Assembly (NCBI GenBank): GCA_973895155.1
Contig: OZ316898.1
Location: 19,727,292 to 19,791,291, forward strand
Direction: 5' to 3'
Length of the DNA stretch: 64,000 bases
Source of the DNA: Marsupella aquatica
Lineage: Eukaryota; Plantae; Marchantiophyta
In this document: piece after piece, positions 63,614 through 64,000 of the stretch
How the letters are laid out: every line of letters starts with the position of its first letter
Numbering within the stretch: position 1 is the stretch's first letter
Notes under the pieces: generated by a model
Told to the model about the DNA's origin: nothing
What the model saw: only the letters and a program-made list of their open reading frames with translations
The model's database searches: none
Position numbers and translations under genes: made by a program

Positions 63614-64000
63614 ATGGCTGGGAGAGGCACAGCGCTGACTCGACCAGCATGGATGAAGCACGCAGAGGAAGCGAAAGTGAAGGATGAAGAAGAGAAGGCA
63701 GCAGCTGCTCGGGCAGCGTTCGAAGCAACGTTTAAGGACTTGGACCAAGGTGCTCCAAATGGAGATCCTTCTTCAGACAGCGAGGCGGATGAAGCAGACC
63801 GACTTGCGAGGAAGCCGATAGGGCCTGTGGAGCCGAGCAAGTGCACTGCGGCTGGAACAGGGGTTGGGGGAGGAGCAGCTGGTGCAGCCGCCTCGTTTGT
63901 TGTTGTGACGAAAGATTCTGATGGACGGAGGATTTTGCATGGAGGAGCTTACATCCGAGTTAGAATCACTCCTGGAGCAGGTGTGGGTGGGGCTGAACAG
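63614..64000 (+). CDS. 5' part of an At3g23900-like filamin-repeat/RRM protein (runs off the window; absent from the ORF track)
   Basis: MAGRGTALTRPAWMKHAEEAKVKDEEEKAAAARAAFEATFK...KPIGPVEPSKCTAAG...SFVVVTKDSDGRR...RITPGAGVGGAEQ matches the recalled N-terminus of this plant family. Confidence 0.88.
   Translation, partial: MAGRGTALTRPAWMKHAEEAKVKDEEEKAAAARAAFEATFKDLDQGAPNGDPSSDSEADEADRLARKPIGPVEPSKCTAAGTGVGGGAAGAAASFVVVTKDSDGRRILHGGAYIRVRITPGAGVGGAEQ

Noticed and set aside
63038-63846. Long minus-strand ORFs
   Set aside because: Antisense shadows of the plus-strand gene starting at 63614

Overview
Eukaryotic nuclear DNA from a land plant, most likely a bryophyte (liverwort-like): GT-AG introns, TTTAGGG telo-boxes, and plastid- and mitochondrion-targeted proteins. 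Genes that can be read: an organellar SSB, PsbP-domain PPD4, a 5-exon plastid GNAT acetyltransferase, an ABI5/ABF bZIP, a fungal-type carbon-nitrogen hydrolase (probable HGT), a Lys/Asp/Glu-rich dehydrin-like protein, a secreted Cys-rich protein, a probably GPI-anchored bulb-lectin protein, a 10-exon At3g04020-like split-barrel protein, a trihelix exon that splices in frame onto a dCTP pyrophosphatase, and the 5' end of an At3g23900-like filamin/RRM gene. The intergenic space holds an internally deleted Ty1/copia element (TSD CATGA), a decayed hAT/ZNF862-like transposase, several MITE/foldback elements, tandem repeats and two pairs of long (0.7-1.1 kb) inverted repeats. Main highlights: (1) a predicted trihelix-dCTPase fusion protein; (2) an antisense ORF in the copia element joining a transmembrane helix to an RNase H1/CaMV-P6-type hybrid-binding domain; (3) two unrelated divergent genes sharing a homologous uORF-containing leader; (4) fungal-like genes. 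Family assignments come from recalled motifs, not database searches, and identity figures are estimated by eye.
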